Source of the DNA: Alphaproteobacteria bacterium
GTDB lineage: Bacteria > Pseudomonadota > Alphaproteobacteria > SP197
Assembly: GCA_964291415.2 (NCBI GenBank)
Contig: OZ219917.1
Location: forward strand, 768,001-832,000
DNA: 64,000 bases
Direction of reading: 5' to 3'
Made by a program: the position numbers and the translations under genes. Of this stretch, positions 29,552-39,726 are shown one piece after another. The notes beneath the pieces were generated by a model that was given only the letters and a program-made list of their open reading frames with translations, did not search any database and was not told the origin of the DNA. Positions within the stretch are counted from its first letter, which is position 1, and the number at the start of each line of letters is the position of its first letter.

Positions 29552-30709
29552 GTGGCCGAAAGCGAGCTGAACGCGTTCGAGCGCATCCTCGGCGCGCTGC
29601 ACGAGGCGGCGCTCGATTCTGCCCGCTGGCCGGACGCCTCGGCGCTGATCGACGAAGCTCTCGGCACGCACGGCAGTTCCCTGGCGTGCGGCGACGGAGA
29701 GACCGACGAGGGCTTCCGGCTCTACTTCATGTGGACCTGCCTGCGCGGTCAGAGACGCCAGGACCTGGAGCGTCTCTGGATGGAGACCTACTATCCCTTG
29801 GACGAAGGGATACGCCGCCTGCGGCGCCACCCCTTCAACCGGCTGATCCCCGTCACCGACCTCTACACCGAGGAGGAGATGAAGACCTCCGAGGCCTACA
29901 ACGCGCTGCGCACCTTTGCCCATGCCGGGAACGGGATCGACGTGCGTCTGGCCGGTCCAGACGGCTCGCGGATCATGTGGCAGATCAACGACCCGGTGGA
30001 CGGGGATGGCTGGACGTCCGGGCGGCTCGACCTGATCCGGCGTCTCCAGCCGCATGTACGGCAGACCGTGCACGTCCGGCAGACGCTGGCCGGCGCCGGC
30101 GCCCTGGGTGCGGCGCTGACGGATCTGCTCGACGCCGAAGGGCTGGGCATCATACAGCTGGACGCGCGCGGACGGATCGTGGCGGTGAACGACCGCGCCC
30201 GGGACCTGTTGCGGACGGGCGACGGCCTGTTTGACGAGAACGGCTTCCTGTTCGCCCGCAATCCGAAGGACAATGACGGCCTCCAGAAACTCCTGAGCCG
30301 CACCTTGCCGCCGGTCGGAGCCCGAGGCGCCGGCGGATCGACGACGGCGAGGCGACCGGGCGTCATGCCGCCACTGGTGCTGCATGTGCACCCGGTGGGT
30401 CGCCAGGAGACGGATTATCCCGCCTGGCCGGTGGCGGCGCTCGTGCTGCTCGTCGACCCGGCGACCCGGGATGCCGTCGATCCTGCCGTTGCCGCGGCGG
30501 CACTCGATCTCACGCGCATGGAGAGCCGGGTTGCGGTGTTGCTGGCCCAGGGCATGAGCGTGAACCAGATCGCGACGGCCACGGATCGCAAGGAGAGCAC
30601 CATCCGCTCGCACGTCAAGCACATGTTCGCCAAGCACGGACTCACCCGGCAGGCGGAACTGATGCGGCTGGTACAATCCCTGGGCAGCGCTCGGGATGCC
30701 CGTGACTGA
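29552..30709 (+). CDS. LuxR-type HTH regulator with GAF/PAS-like sensor region
   Basis: PAS-like GIIQLDARGRIVAVN and C-terminal LTRMESRVAVLLAQG...TIRSHVKHMFAK. Confidence 0.85.
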   Translation: MAESELNAFERILGALHEAALDSARWPDASALIDEALGTHGSSLACGDGETDEGFRLYFMWTCLRGQRRQDLERLWMETYYPLDEGIRRLRRHPFNRLIPVTDLYTEEEMKTSEAYNALRTFAHAGNGIDVRLAGPDGSRIMWQINDPVDGDGWTSGRLDLIRRLQPHVRQTVHVRQTLAGAGALGAALTDLLDAEGLGIIQLDARGRIVAVNDRARDLLRTGDGLFDENGFLFARNPKDNDGLQKLLSRTLPPVGARGAGGSTTARRPGVMPPLVLHVHPVGRQETDYPAWPVAALVLLVDPATRDAVDPAVAAAALDLTRMESRVAVLLAQGMSVNQIATATDRKESTIRSHVKHMFAKHGLTRQAELMRLVQSLGSARDARD

Positions 30710-30895
30710 AGGCGACCAGACTTGTCGCCCGCGAGAGTTTGACATGTCGAGGGTGCGAGGCGGAGCGACGAGCGTTAGACTTGGACTGATTGCCGAATAG
30801 GTTCACGCCGAAGAGTGGCGTAGCGACGCATTCCGGTTTGCCGCATGAGTCGTGGAACCGAACCAGTCCGCGCTGCTGCGTTCCTGGAGGGAGAC

Positions 30896-31756
30896 ATGGA
30901 CAATTCGAAGAAGACGACCGATGGGGCCGCGCTGCATTCTGCAGCGGCCGAAGCGCAGGATCGCCCCCGGAGGATCAAGAACAAGCACTACGAGCAGGAA
31001 CTGTTCCGGCTCCAGCTCGAACTCGTGAAGATGCTTGAATGGATCAAGCACAAGGGGCTCAAGGTCGTGGTGCTCTTCGAGGGGCGGGACGCCGCCGGCA
31101 AGGGCGGCGTCATCAAGCGCATCACCCAGCATCTGAGTCCGCGCATCTGCCGGGTCGTCGCCTTGCCCGCGCCGACCGAGCGCGAGCAGACCCAGTGGTA
31201 CTTCCAGCGCTATGTGCCCCACCTGCCCGCCGCCGGCGAGATGGTCCTGTTCGACCGCAGCTGGTACAACCGGGCCGGCGTCGAGCGGGTGATGGGATTC
31301 TGCACCGATGAGGAGCACCGGGAGTTCCTGCGGTCCTGCCCTGAATTCGAGCGCATGCTCGTGCGGTCCGGCATCAAGCTCATCAAGTACTGGTTCTCCG
31401 TCTCCGACGAAGAGCAGGAGAAGAGATTCCAGAGCCGGCTGGAACAGGATCACAAGCGCTGGAAGCTGAGTCCGATGGACCTGGAATCGCGGCGCAGGTG
31501 GATCGAGTACTCCAGGGCGAAGGACGAGAACTTCGCGCACACGGATATCAAGCAGGCACCGTGGTACGTCGTCGATGCGGACATCAAGAAGCACGCGCGG
31601 TTGAACTGCATCAGCCATCTGCTGAGCATGATTCCCTACGAGGACCTGACGCCGGAGCCGATCGAGCTTCCGCAGCGCACGGAGGCCGGTGCATATGTGC
31701 GACCGCCGTTTACCGATCAGACGATGGTCCCGTCGGTCTATCCCGACGAAGAGTAG
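30896..31756 (+). CDS. ppk2: Polyphosphate kinase 2
   Basis: EGRDAAGKGG, FDRSWYNRAGVE, WKLSPMD. GGAGG precedes ATG 30896. Confidence 0.97.
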   Translation: MDNSKKTTDGAALHSAAAEAQDRPRRIKNKHYEQELFRLQLELVKMLEWIKHKGLKVVVLFEGRDAAGKGGVIKRITQHLSPRICRVVALPAPTEREQTQWYFQRYVPHLPAAGEMVLFDRSWYNRAGVERVMGFCTDEEHREFLRSCPEFERMLVRSGIKLIKYWFSVSDEEQEKRFQSRLEQDHKRWKLSPMDLESRRRWIEYSRAKDENFAHTDIKQAPWYVVDADIKKHARLNCISHLLSMIPYEDLTPEPIELPQRTEAGAYVRPPFTDQTMVPSVYPDEE

Positions 31757-31827
31757 GCCGCACCCGACAAAGCCGTCACCGCTCAAGTGCGCCGGCGCGC
31801 TCCGACTGCGGTGAGCGGCTGATCGCG

Positions 31828-33480
31828 TCAGGCAGGCAGGGGAATGTCGCCGCCGTCCTTCACCGTGTAGACCCGCAGCGGGCGCTCGCGTCCACGAATC
31901 TCGCTCAGGTGGGATGGAATGGAGGAGAGATCGGCCCCGGCGAGACGTGCGACACGCTGCGAGAGCACCGCCTGGCAGCCGAATTCCTTGGTCATCGCCT
32001 CCAGCCGGCTCGCGACATTGACGGCATCGCCGATGGCCGTGACCGATGCGGCGCGGCCGTAGCCCATCTCGCCGACGATGACGGGGCCGGCGTGGAGACC
32101 GATGCCGATGCGCAACGGCGCTGGGAGTTCCTCGCCGAGCACCCGATTGAGTTCTTCGAGAGCCGCCGCCATGGCGCGCACCGTGCGCAGCGCGCTCCGG
32201 CACCCCGCCTGGGGAGTGTCGTCGATCCCGAACAGGGCCATCACGCCGTCACCGATAAACTTGTCCACATGACCGCCTTCTCCTTCTATCGCCCGGCCCA
32301 TGGCGAGGAAAAAGCGGTTCAGCAGGAACACTACGTCGTAGGGCAGCCTGTCCTCGGAAAGCTGCGTGAAGGCGCGCAGATCGGCGAACAGGATGGCGAT
32401 CTCACGTTCGGCGCCCTGCTCGTGGCCCATACGCTTGCGCGCCGCCGAGGGAACCGCCGACGCCGGCAGCAACGGAGTCAGCGTAATGTCGTCCGACGGC
32501 ACCACGCGGCAGGCCAGCCGGACGTACTCCGGTGCGTTGATGCGCGTCAGCAGCGCGCGTTCGTCCTCGTCGGGCGGCGGGAGCATGTGGAAACCCCGCG
32601 AGACGTGCACACGGCAGGTAGAGCAACGTCCGCGTCCGCCGCAGACCGATGCGTGGGGGATGCCAGCGTTGCGGCTCACCTCCAGCAATGTCGCGCCGGG
32701 TTCGGCGCGTGCCACCCGCCCGTCAGGGTAGGTGACGCGGACCGACCGCTGCCGCTGCGCACTGAGTGCATGCACCGACCGCCAGACGACCAGCACCGCC
32801 AAAGCCGCGCCGACCGCGGCGGTCGCGAGAGCCTCTGCCTGCTCACTCCATTCGTACCCCTCGTTTCCCGGATGCCGTATCCTCTCCAGCATGACGCCGA
32901 CCCAACCGGTGTCCGCTGCCGCCAGCGCCAACACGTCCCTGCCGCCGACCGCGAAGCCCGCGAGCGCAAGCACCGGCAGGAGCAACGCCGCCGAGAAGAA
33001 AAGCGGCAATCCGCGCCGGTACCATGGCCGCAGGCGCAGCCAGAAATGCAACCCGATGCAGCCATGCGTCCAGACAACGGCCATCAAGGCAATCTGCTTC
33101 CAGGGATCGCTCCAGGTTGCCCACAGGACGTAGGCGTAGCTCGGATCGAGGTCGAAGCGGACGGCAAGTCCGAGAGTGCCGAGCACATGCCCGAAGAGCA
33201 GGAAGGGAATGGCCAGCCCGAGCAGTTGCTGCGCCGCCTCCCAGGCCGGCATCCTGAAGCTGCGCGCGCGGAACAGGCGTGCGATCGAAAGAGTGCCGTG
33301 AACGGCGAAGCCGGCGCACAAAAGCGTCATTCCCGGTGGGCTCCGCCAGACGGCGGAGAACACGCGACGACCCTCCTCCATCACCTCCACGGAGACCAGG
33401 CCCAACGCGTGGTTGAAGAGATGCCCTGTGACATAGGCGAACAGGACGAGGCCGCTCCACAGGCGAAGACGCTGGGTCAC
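31828..33480 (-). CDS. Membrane adenylate cyclase with 2Fe-2S ferredoxin domain
   Basis: His-containing TM region, CGGRGRCSTC...RLAC, FADLRAFT, DKFIGDG, TAIGDAVNVASRLE. Confidence 0.92.
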   Translation of the reverse strand: MTQRLRLWSGLVLFAYVTGHLFNHALGLVSVEVMEEGRRVFSAVWRSPPGMTLLCAGFAVHGTLSIARLFRARSFRMPAWEAAQQLLGLAIPFLLFGHVLGTLGLAVRFDLDPSYAYVLWATWSDPWKQIALMAVVWTHGCIGLHFWLRLRPWYRRGLPLFFSAALLLPVLALAGFAVGGRDVLALAAADTGWVGVMLERIRHPGNEGYEWSEQAEALATAAVGAALAVLVVWRSVHALSAQRQRSVRVTYPDGRVARAEPGATLLEVSRNAGIPHASVCGGRGRCSTCRVHVSRGFHMLPPPDEDERALLTRINAPEYVRLACRVVPSDDITLTPLLPASAVPSAARKRMGHEQGAEREIAILFADLRAFTQLSEDRLPYDVVFLLNRFFLAMGRAIEGEGGHVDKFIGDGVMALFGIDDTPQAGCRSALRTVRAMAAALEELNRVLGEELPAPLRIGIGLHAGPVIVGEMGYGRAASVTAIGDAVNVASRLEAMTKEFGCQAVLSQRVARLAGADLSSIPSHLSEIRGRERPLRVYTVKDGGDIPLPA

Positions 33481-34147
33481 GCGGCGTCCCGCCCGCTACC
33501 GAAGACTGGCAGCCACTCGACGCAACACAGAATGGCGGCGCTTCCCTTCATCGCGTGCATGATCCCTTGTTGCGGCGCGGTGGCATCGCACTTCGGTCGT
33601 CGGCATGCTCTTTAGTCCAGACGGCGCGAGCGCGCCACACATCACCGGCAGCGCGGAAATGGGACGGATACGCGGGGTGACGCCAAGAACGTGGATCAGG
33701 TTGTGAGCAACCCGCCGAAGGAGCGCGACGAAGTCCTTCGCCCGCCCGCATGGCAGGCCGCCGGAGCAACCTGCGCGCTTGAAGTGCGGGCCGATGTCGG
33801 GTGCCGAACTGCAAGCCGGCCGAATCTGCCGGATCCGGAGGGAGCGAGAGCCTCGAAAGGTGTTCCCGGTTCCCGTCCGTCGCCTCAGACTACACGTTTC
33901 CCGACACTTCAATCATGTCGCGTTCTCCTCAACGGCCTGGGGTGGGAGCCGGACCTTTGCATCGTCCCCGCCGCGTTCCCGAGTTGGATGCGCCGCCGAT
34001 CGACCATTCGTTCTGATAACGCATCCCAACCTCCTGAAGAGGACATCCGCAATTTCAGAGAATCACAACTCCGCGAATTGGTTCAGCGAGTTCTTCGGCA
34101 GGCTGTCGAGCCGAAGAATCGGCGGAACTCAAGGTCGTGCTTGCGAT

Positions 34148-35164
34148 CTACAGATTCAGGTCTGCTGCCAATCTGTCGATGATGGCTGCGTGCACGACGG
34201 CACGGTCGGTGCCGTCGGGGTCGGTGCAGACCGGATCATCCCCTTCCGCTTCCAGGATCGCTTCTGCTCCCGGCTTGCAGAGCGACAAGGCTGAGAAGTG
34301 ACGTGCCGGCGCCAGGCGCAGGATGTCGGCATCGGGCAGCAATCCTGCAAACCCGCTGGCATCGAAGTCGGTCCCGGCGAACCGGTCGTCACCCTGTCCC
34401 AGGCCAACCAGTGTGACCTTTCCGACCAGGTCGGTGACATGGCCTGCGTCCAGTTTCCAGGTCAGGGCCGGATCGATGGCGGCGACCTGGGTGATCCTGT
34501 CATCTGCATACGACGCAGCCCATGCCTCTACCGGAAGCGCGGCAACATCAATTCCGGCCCGGGCAAGATCCTGACAGACCGTGGAACGAGCCCGGTACTC
34601 CTGGCAGTACGTTGCGAAACCATCAAGGTTGCCGCGCAGACCTCCCATGGAAAGGGCTGTCCAGCCGCCATAGGAAAAACCGGCTGCCATAATGCGCTCC
34701 GGGTCCACATGCCGGGTGAAATCGGGATCGGCAAGGGTCTCGTCGAGCACGAGCGCGAGGTCCTGCACCCGTGTCCAGTGTTCGAGCATGGCTTGAAGGT
34801 CGAAGTCTCCCCAGGTGGAGTTGGGGTGATTGACAGCGATCACGATGGCTCCGCGCTCGGCAAGGCCGGCGGCCAGCCATGCCAGAGACCGGACATGACC
34901 GCCAAGCCCGTGGCTCAGCATGACCAGCGGGTGTTGTCCTTCAGCCATTGGGGCGTTCTCGGAAACTGTCACGCCTTGAAACACCGCATTACCGGCGACC
35001 ACCACCTGGCTCCCCGCCAGGTCGGTCGGATACCAGATTGCTCCCTCCAGCATCCGTCCGTGATGGGGTGCCGGCATCGACAGCGTACGGTACCCGGCCG
35101 GATCGGCTTCGGCTGCAAGAGCGGGGATGAGCGACAACGCGAAGAACAGGGATACGACTCGCAT
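34148..35164 (-). CDS. Secreted alpha/beta hydrolase (predicted dienelactone hydrolase-like)
   Basis: Signal peptide, IWYPT, LSHGLGG, GFSYGG nucleophile elbow, RHFSALSLCKP. Confidence 0.85.
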   Translation of the reverse strand: MRVVSLFFALSLIPALAAEADPAGYRTLSMPAPHHGRMLEGAIWYPTDLAGSQVVVAGNAVFQGVTVSENAPMAEGQHPLVMLSHGLGGHVRSLAWLAAGLAERGAIVIAVNHPNSTWGDFDLQAMLEHWTRVQDLALVLDETLADPDFTRHVDPERIMAAGFSYGGWTALSMGGLRGNLDGFATYCQEYRARSTVCQDLARAGIDVAALPVEAWAASYADDRITQVAAIDPALTWKLDAGHVTDLVGKVTLVGLGQGDDRFAGTDFDASGFAGLLPDADILRLAPARHFSALSLCKPGAEAILEAEGDDPVCTDPDGTDRAVVHAAIIDRLAADLNL

Positions 35165-35281
35165 GGATGGACTCCTGGCTGGATTGCGACGCCTTTCCAA
35201 TGCTGCAATTCTCGCCTAATGGCGTCCTTGAACCGGATCAAGGTCGCCTGAAACCGGTTCCAGGACATCGGATCGACGCTG

Positions 35282-36271
35282 ATGCCCAGTCTTCCCATCC
35301 CTCTTGTCGTCGCCCTCGTTCTGGCGTTCATGTTTGCGCGCCTCCTGCTTTCGGATCGCAGACACCTCCCGCTGGCGGCGCTTCTGGGGCTCTGCGCGGT
35401 CCAGGCTCTGATCATTTCGCTGAACCAGCACTACGGGCTTCGCGGCATGGCGACCCTTCAGCCCCTGACCGCCACGTTGATTCCGCCTGCCGCATGGGTC
35501 GCTTTCCGGATGACCGCCGAACGGCGTCCCGGCTGGCGCGACGTCGCTCACCTCGCGGGCCCGGCAGCCGTGCTCATCGCACGCTTTCTCCATCCGCCGG
35601 CCCTCGATCTGCTCATTCCGGTGCAGTCCGCAGGATACGGTGCCGCGATCCTGTGGGCCAGCTGGCGCAGCAGCGACAGCCTGGTCCACTCCATCCTCGA
35701 GGCCGGGGAATGGCCCCGGCGGATATGGCAGATCATTGGCCTCGCGCTGATCGCGTCCGCCATGACCGACGTGCTGGTCGCCGTCGCGATCGAGACCGGG
35801 GCCCGGCATCTGATCCCATGGATCATCAGTCTTTATTCGGCCGCCAACCTCCTGGTGGTCGGAATTCTCATTCTCTCGAGCGCTCGCGTCACGGATTCAC
35901 GCGGACCGACCACATCACTCGACGAACTCTCCGCTGACGACAGGATTGTGATGCAGAAGCTCGAAACACTGATGAGAACGGATCGCCCCTACCTCGATCC
36001 CGAACTGACCCTGGCGAGACTGGCGCGCAAGCTTCGCCTTCCGGCCAAGCAGGTATCGGCCGCGGTCAACCGTTCGACGGGCGAAAATGTCTCGCGGTTC
36101 GTCAACACGGCCCGCATCGAGGCGGCCAAGTCGGCCCTGCTGGAAGGAAAGACGGTCACGGAAGCGATGTTCTCATCCGGGTTCCAGACGAAATCCAACT
36201 TCAACCGCGAGTTTCTGCGCATCGTCGGATCAAGCCCGACCGCCTGGTTGCAGAAGGGCGTTCACCAATGA
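35282..36271 (+). CDS. Membrane-anchored AraC family regulator
   Basis: TM N-terminal half and YLDPELTL...GFQTKSNFNREFLR. Divergent from the hydrolase. Confidence 0.9.
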   Translation: MPSLPIPLVVALVLAFMFARLLLSDRRHLPLAALLGLCAVQALIISLNQHYGLRGMATLQPLTATLIPPAAWVAFRMTAERRPGWRDVAHLAGPAAVLIARFLHPPALDLLIPVQSAGYGAAILWASWRSSDSLVHSILEAGEWPRRIWQIIGLALIASAMTDVLVAVAIETGARHLIPWIISLYSAANLLVVGILILSSARVTDSRGPTTSLDELSADDRIVMQKLETLMRTDRPYLDPELTLARLARKLRLPAKQVSAAVNRSTGENVSRFVNTARIEAAKSALLEGKTVTEAMFSSGFQTKSNFNREFLRIVGSSPTAWLQKGVHQ

Positions 36272-36865
36272 CGCGCGGCCGTCCCGTGCCACTCAACGGG
36301 AGATCAGGAGATCGGACTGGTCCACGGTCCCATGCGTCGGATGATGGCGTCTGTGCAGCGTGCGACCCGGTTTGTCGGCACGGCTTCGCTTGTCGTGGTC
36401 GACCCTCGGCACGCCGTCGCAGACAATCAAGAGCCGTGCCCGGGGACCTCCGTAATCGTGGCAACCTTCGGTAGCGGCGCCCCATCGGTCTGTCCGTCAT
36501 GGTTCAACTGGCTTCACCAACCCGAATTCCAGCGACAACCGGCGCCGCGGATCTCCGCCTGACGGCACGCGGGCCGCCTCTCAGTCGGGCGCCCTGTAGT
36601 GCCGACCTTTGGAGTCCCGATCAACGAGAATCAATGGGTCAGCATCCCCACGATCCCCGAGTTGCGGAAGTCGGGCTGACGCAGATTCGCACTCGGTGAA
36701 GCTCGAGGCGCTCGCCAAGGATTGCGATTTCGGTGCCTCATCGCCCTGGAGCGGACCAGCACGGTTGTAACCTCCTGCGAGCACTTGAGCCCAACGCCGT
36801 TGATTTCGATCTGCCTGCACGTTGTCATGTTGAAGGGCGGTTCTGCCGAATGTATGGTCGACGGC

Positions 36866-37066
36866 ATGAGCGCGCATGCGCATGCACCCGAGCCGCCCGA
36901 CATTCCGGGGCGCCCGAAAGACTGGCGTGATCAGATCAAGGCCGATCTGGCAGCCCAGGTGGAGGCTGGCGGAACGCTTTACGGTGTCCGTTCGGACGGT
37001 GCCTACATTGCACGGACCAGGGAAGGGGACCGGGTGCTCCGTCCGCCTGAACGGGATCCCGCCTGA
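36866..37066 (+). CDS. Small hypothetical protein, possible antitoxin
   Basis: 66 aa. Its TGA overlaps the inferred start of the downstream ATPase. Confidence 0.55.
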   Translation: MSAHAHAPEPPDIPGRPKDWRDQIKADLAAQVEAGGTLYGVRSDGAYIARTREGDRVLRPPERDPA

Positions 37067-37650
37067 CCCGTTCGGCGTCCGCGGCTATCCCGGCCCTCCT
37101 CGTTGTTGCCGGCCCGAACGGGTGCGGCAAGTCGAGTCTGACGCGCACGACCTGGTTTGATGACGTTGAAATCATCGACGCGGATGAAATCGCGCGCGGC
37201 ATGATGGCCGGCGATCCCGGACAGGCAGCCCGCGAAGCGCTACGCCGACGACAGGATGCGCTGTCCGCCAGACGAACGCACCTCGTGGAGACCACGCTTG
37301 CCGGTTCCGGCATTTTTCGCCACATGAAGGCCGCGCGGCGAGCAGGCTTCCAGATAGTCCTGCATTATGTATCGGTTGATTCGCCGGACCAGGCGCTTGA
37401 CCGTATCCGCAATCGGGTCGCGCTCGGCGGTCACGATATCCCGGAGGCGGATGTACGGCGACGGTTTGCGCGTTCTCACGCCAATCTTCCGGCTGCCATG
37501 GCGCACACGGACATGGCCCTGCTCTACGACAACACCGCTTCCGATTGGCCGCACCGGGAGGTCGCGATCCTCAAGGACGGGGCTTGGTGGGTCGCCAGGT
37601 CCGTTCCCGGCTGGGCGGACGCGGTTCTCTTGCCGCCGCAGCGTCGCTGA
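37063..37650 (+). CDS. Zeta-toxin-like P-loop ATPase/kinase
   Basis: The frame upstream of the listed ORF holds VVAGPNGCGKSS and IIDADEIA. It also has ETTLAG, RVALGGHDIPE...RRF and YDNT. CTG start inferred. Confidence 0.85.
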   Translation: MTRSASAAIPALLVVAGPNGCGKSSLTRTTWFDDVEIIDADEIARGMMAGDPGQAAREALRRRQDALSARRTHLVETTLAGSGIFRHMKAARRAGFQIVLHYVSVDSPDQALDRIRNRVALGGHDIPEADVRRRFARSHANLPAAMAHTDMALLYDNTASDWPHREVAILKDGAWWVARSVPGWADAVLLPPQRR

Positions 37651-37759
37651 TACCGGCGCGCAACGCCGTGTCGCCTCGTTCGCCTCGCATGATGAAGTGG
37701 GTTGCAAGGAGCGTCGCCGTCCACTACGTGATGGCGGCAGGTGAACCGGAGAAATGCCG

Positions 37760-38257
37760 ATGAAACTCGCCCTTTCGATTCTTGTTGCGGGTGCCGTGAG
37801 CGTGTCTGCGGCTGTGGCCGGAGACGAGGGCACCCTCAGGTTCGTGAGAACCTACGTGCAGGACTACACCACCATTGAACTTGCAGGCACACAGGTGACC
37901 GGCGGCTCCCTGGAGGGCGTTGTGTCCATCGTCGAAGCCAGTGACGGGCCTTTTTCTCCGGGAGCGCACTTCCGTGTGACCTGCATCGTCACGTCGACGA
38001 CCTCCGGGCAGGACTTCACGCTGGAAGCCCCCTGCACCGCCGGCGATGCTTCGGGAGATCAGTGGTACACGATTTCGAGACGCAGCAGCGGCGATATCGA
38101 GACCGGCGGCGGGGGCGGCCTGGAACTTGCCGGTGGCACGGGCGCCTTTGCCGGCGTGACCGGTTCATGTACCTATGATGTCAGCTATCTCGAGGATGGC
38201 TGGGTCTCCATGATGACGGATTGCACCTGGCAACGGCAGGCGGAGGAGGACGGATGA
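37760..38257 (+). CDS. Secreted hypothetical protein (dirigent/allene-oxide-cyclase-like barrel?)
   Basis: Signal peptide, beta-rich sequence, four Cys, LAGGTGAFAGVTG. Confidence 0.65.
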   Translation: MKLALSILVAGAVSVSAAVAGDEGTLRFVRTYVQDYTTIELAGTQVTGGSLEGVVSIVEASDGPFSPGAHFRVTCIVTSTTSGQDFTLEAPCTAGDASGDQWYTISRRSSGDIETGGGGGLELAGGTGAFAGVTGSCTYDVSYLEDGWVSMMTDCTWQRQAEEDG

Positions 38258-39069
38258 CCACCATGTCCGGTGAAGTGCTGTGCAGTGTCGGAGAGAAGGT
38301 TGCCACGGTGACCATCAACCGGGCATCGAAGATGAACTCCATCAATCCGCCCTTCATGAAGGAACTCTCCGGTACCTTGCGGGAACTCGACGACAATCCG
38401 GATGTGTCGGTCATCATCCTGACCGGCTCAGGTCCGCACTTCGGAGCGGGATACGACCTCAAGTATGCCTGGGGCGAGACCTATGGCCGGGGTCCGATGG
38501 GCGCCCGCAGGATGCTGAAAGACTGCGCGGACTTCGAGTTCGGGCCCTGGGACTGCTCGAAACCGGTCATCGCCATGGTGCGCGGATACTGCCTTGCAGG
38601 GTCGTGCGAACTCGCCATGATGTGCTGCATTACCTATGCCAGCGACACCGCGAAGTTCGGTGAACCCGAGATCCGCTTCTCGACGGCCCCGCCTGCGGTC
38701 ATCATGCCATGGATCATCGGTCTCAAGCGGACCCGTGAACTCCTTTACACCGGCGACATGATCACTGCCGAGGAGGCGCGAGATTTCGGCATGGTGAACA
38801 AGGTGTTCCCCGATGACCGCCTTGAGGAGGAGACCATGCGATACGCCCGCCGTGCGGCGGCCATCTCCCTTGAGGGCCTGCAGACCACCAAGGCCTCCAT
38901 CAACCGGAGTGCCGAGATCGCCGGTCTGCGAAGCGCCATCTCCTACGGAGTCGAAGTTGGCGGCATTCTCGATTCGGCCGAGACGGAACAGTACAGGCAG
39001 TTCGAGGCGGTGAAGAAGGAGAAGGGGTTGAGTGCCGCCATCAGGTGGCGGGAAAGCCAGTTCGAGTAG
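38254..39069 (+). CDS. Enoyl-CoA hydratase/isomerase family protein
   Basis: FGAGYDL, KPVIAMVRGYCLAG, FGEPEIR. Confidence 0.92.
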   Translation: MTTMSGEVLCSVGEKVATVTINRASKMNSINPPFMKELSGTLRELDDNPDVSVIILTGSGPHFGAGYDLKYAWGETYGRGPMGARRMLKDCADFEFGPWDCSKPVIAMVRGYCLAGSCELAMMCCITYASDTAKFGEPEIRFSTAPPAVIMPWIIGLKRTRELLYTGDMITAEEARDFGMVNKVFPDDRLEEETMRYARRAAAISLEGLQTTKASINRSAEIAGLRSAISYGVEVGGILDSAETEQYRQFEAVKKEKGLSAAIRWRESQFE

Positions 39070-39158
39070 GCGGCATCCAGCATCGCCAGGGCGGCCCTTC
39101 CGAGCGATCCTCTGACGAGGCAACCCATCCTGCGATAGCAAGATGTGCTCGGGCGGTT

Positions 39159-39683
39159 CTATTCGGGGGCTGTTTGGGGATCCACGCCCCACAGCGTCCC
39201 CATCGCCATCCAGCCCCTCGTGCCGGCGACGGTGACCTGACACCAGCCTCCCTCGCAGGGTCCGAGCTTCGCGATGACACCGGGTTCCGCGCGGAAGACG
39301 GGATCACTCGCCGCGTCGGGGCGGTCGTAGGCGGTCGTCATCGTTGCTCCGGCGACGATCACGGTTCGTGTGCCCGACAGCATCACCCGGTGAATCCAGC
39401 CTTCTTCCCCGTCGATGTCGCGGACAAGGCGCCAGACGTCCTTCTCGTCGGTGATCTGGATCGGCATGTCCTTGCGAACATAAACCCACTTGACCGGATA
39501 GTCCTTGCCCGGCCCGACGCGCATGTAGACCTCGTCGGCCTTGAGCGAGACGAACCTTGGCAGCGCCGCTGGATCGTCGGCCGCCAGGGAATGCGCCAAA
39601 GCGGCGCAGAGAACGAGGCACGGCAGCAGGAACAACGCTCCGCGTTGCCTGTCGGACCTGTATCTGGTAGGGAACGCCACCAC
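39159..39683 (-). CDS. Bacterial SH3-domain protein
   Basis: LPRFVSLK...MRVGPG, WRLVRDIDGEEGWI, LWGV. Start uncertain. Confidence 0.88.
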   Translation of the reverse strand: MVAFPTRYRSDRQRGALFLLPCLVLCAALAHSLAADDPAALPRFVSLKADEVYMRVGPGKDYPVKWVYVRKDMPIQITDEKDVWRLVRDIDGEEGWIHRVMLSGTRTVIVAGATMTTAYDRPDAASDPVFRAEPGVIAKLGPCEGGWCQVTVAGTRGWMAMGTLWGVDPQTAPE

Positions 39684-39726
39684 GGGAGCCCGCTTGTTCC
39701 CGGTCGTCAAGGCAGTCAAAAAGCGC

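Noticed and set aside
33500-34140. Intergenic stretch with protein-like fragments (EEDIRNFRESQLRELVQRV)
   Set aside because: Possibly gene debris, but I cannot assign a family or a start.
36272-36860. Overlapping short ORFs after araC
   Set aside because: No recognisable motif or consistent frame.
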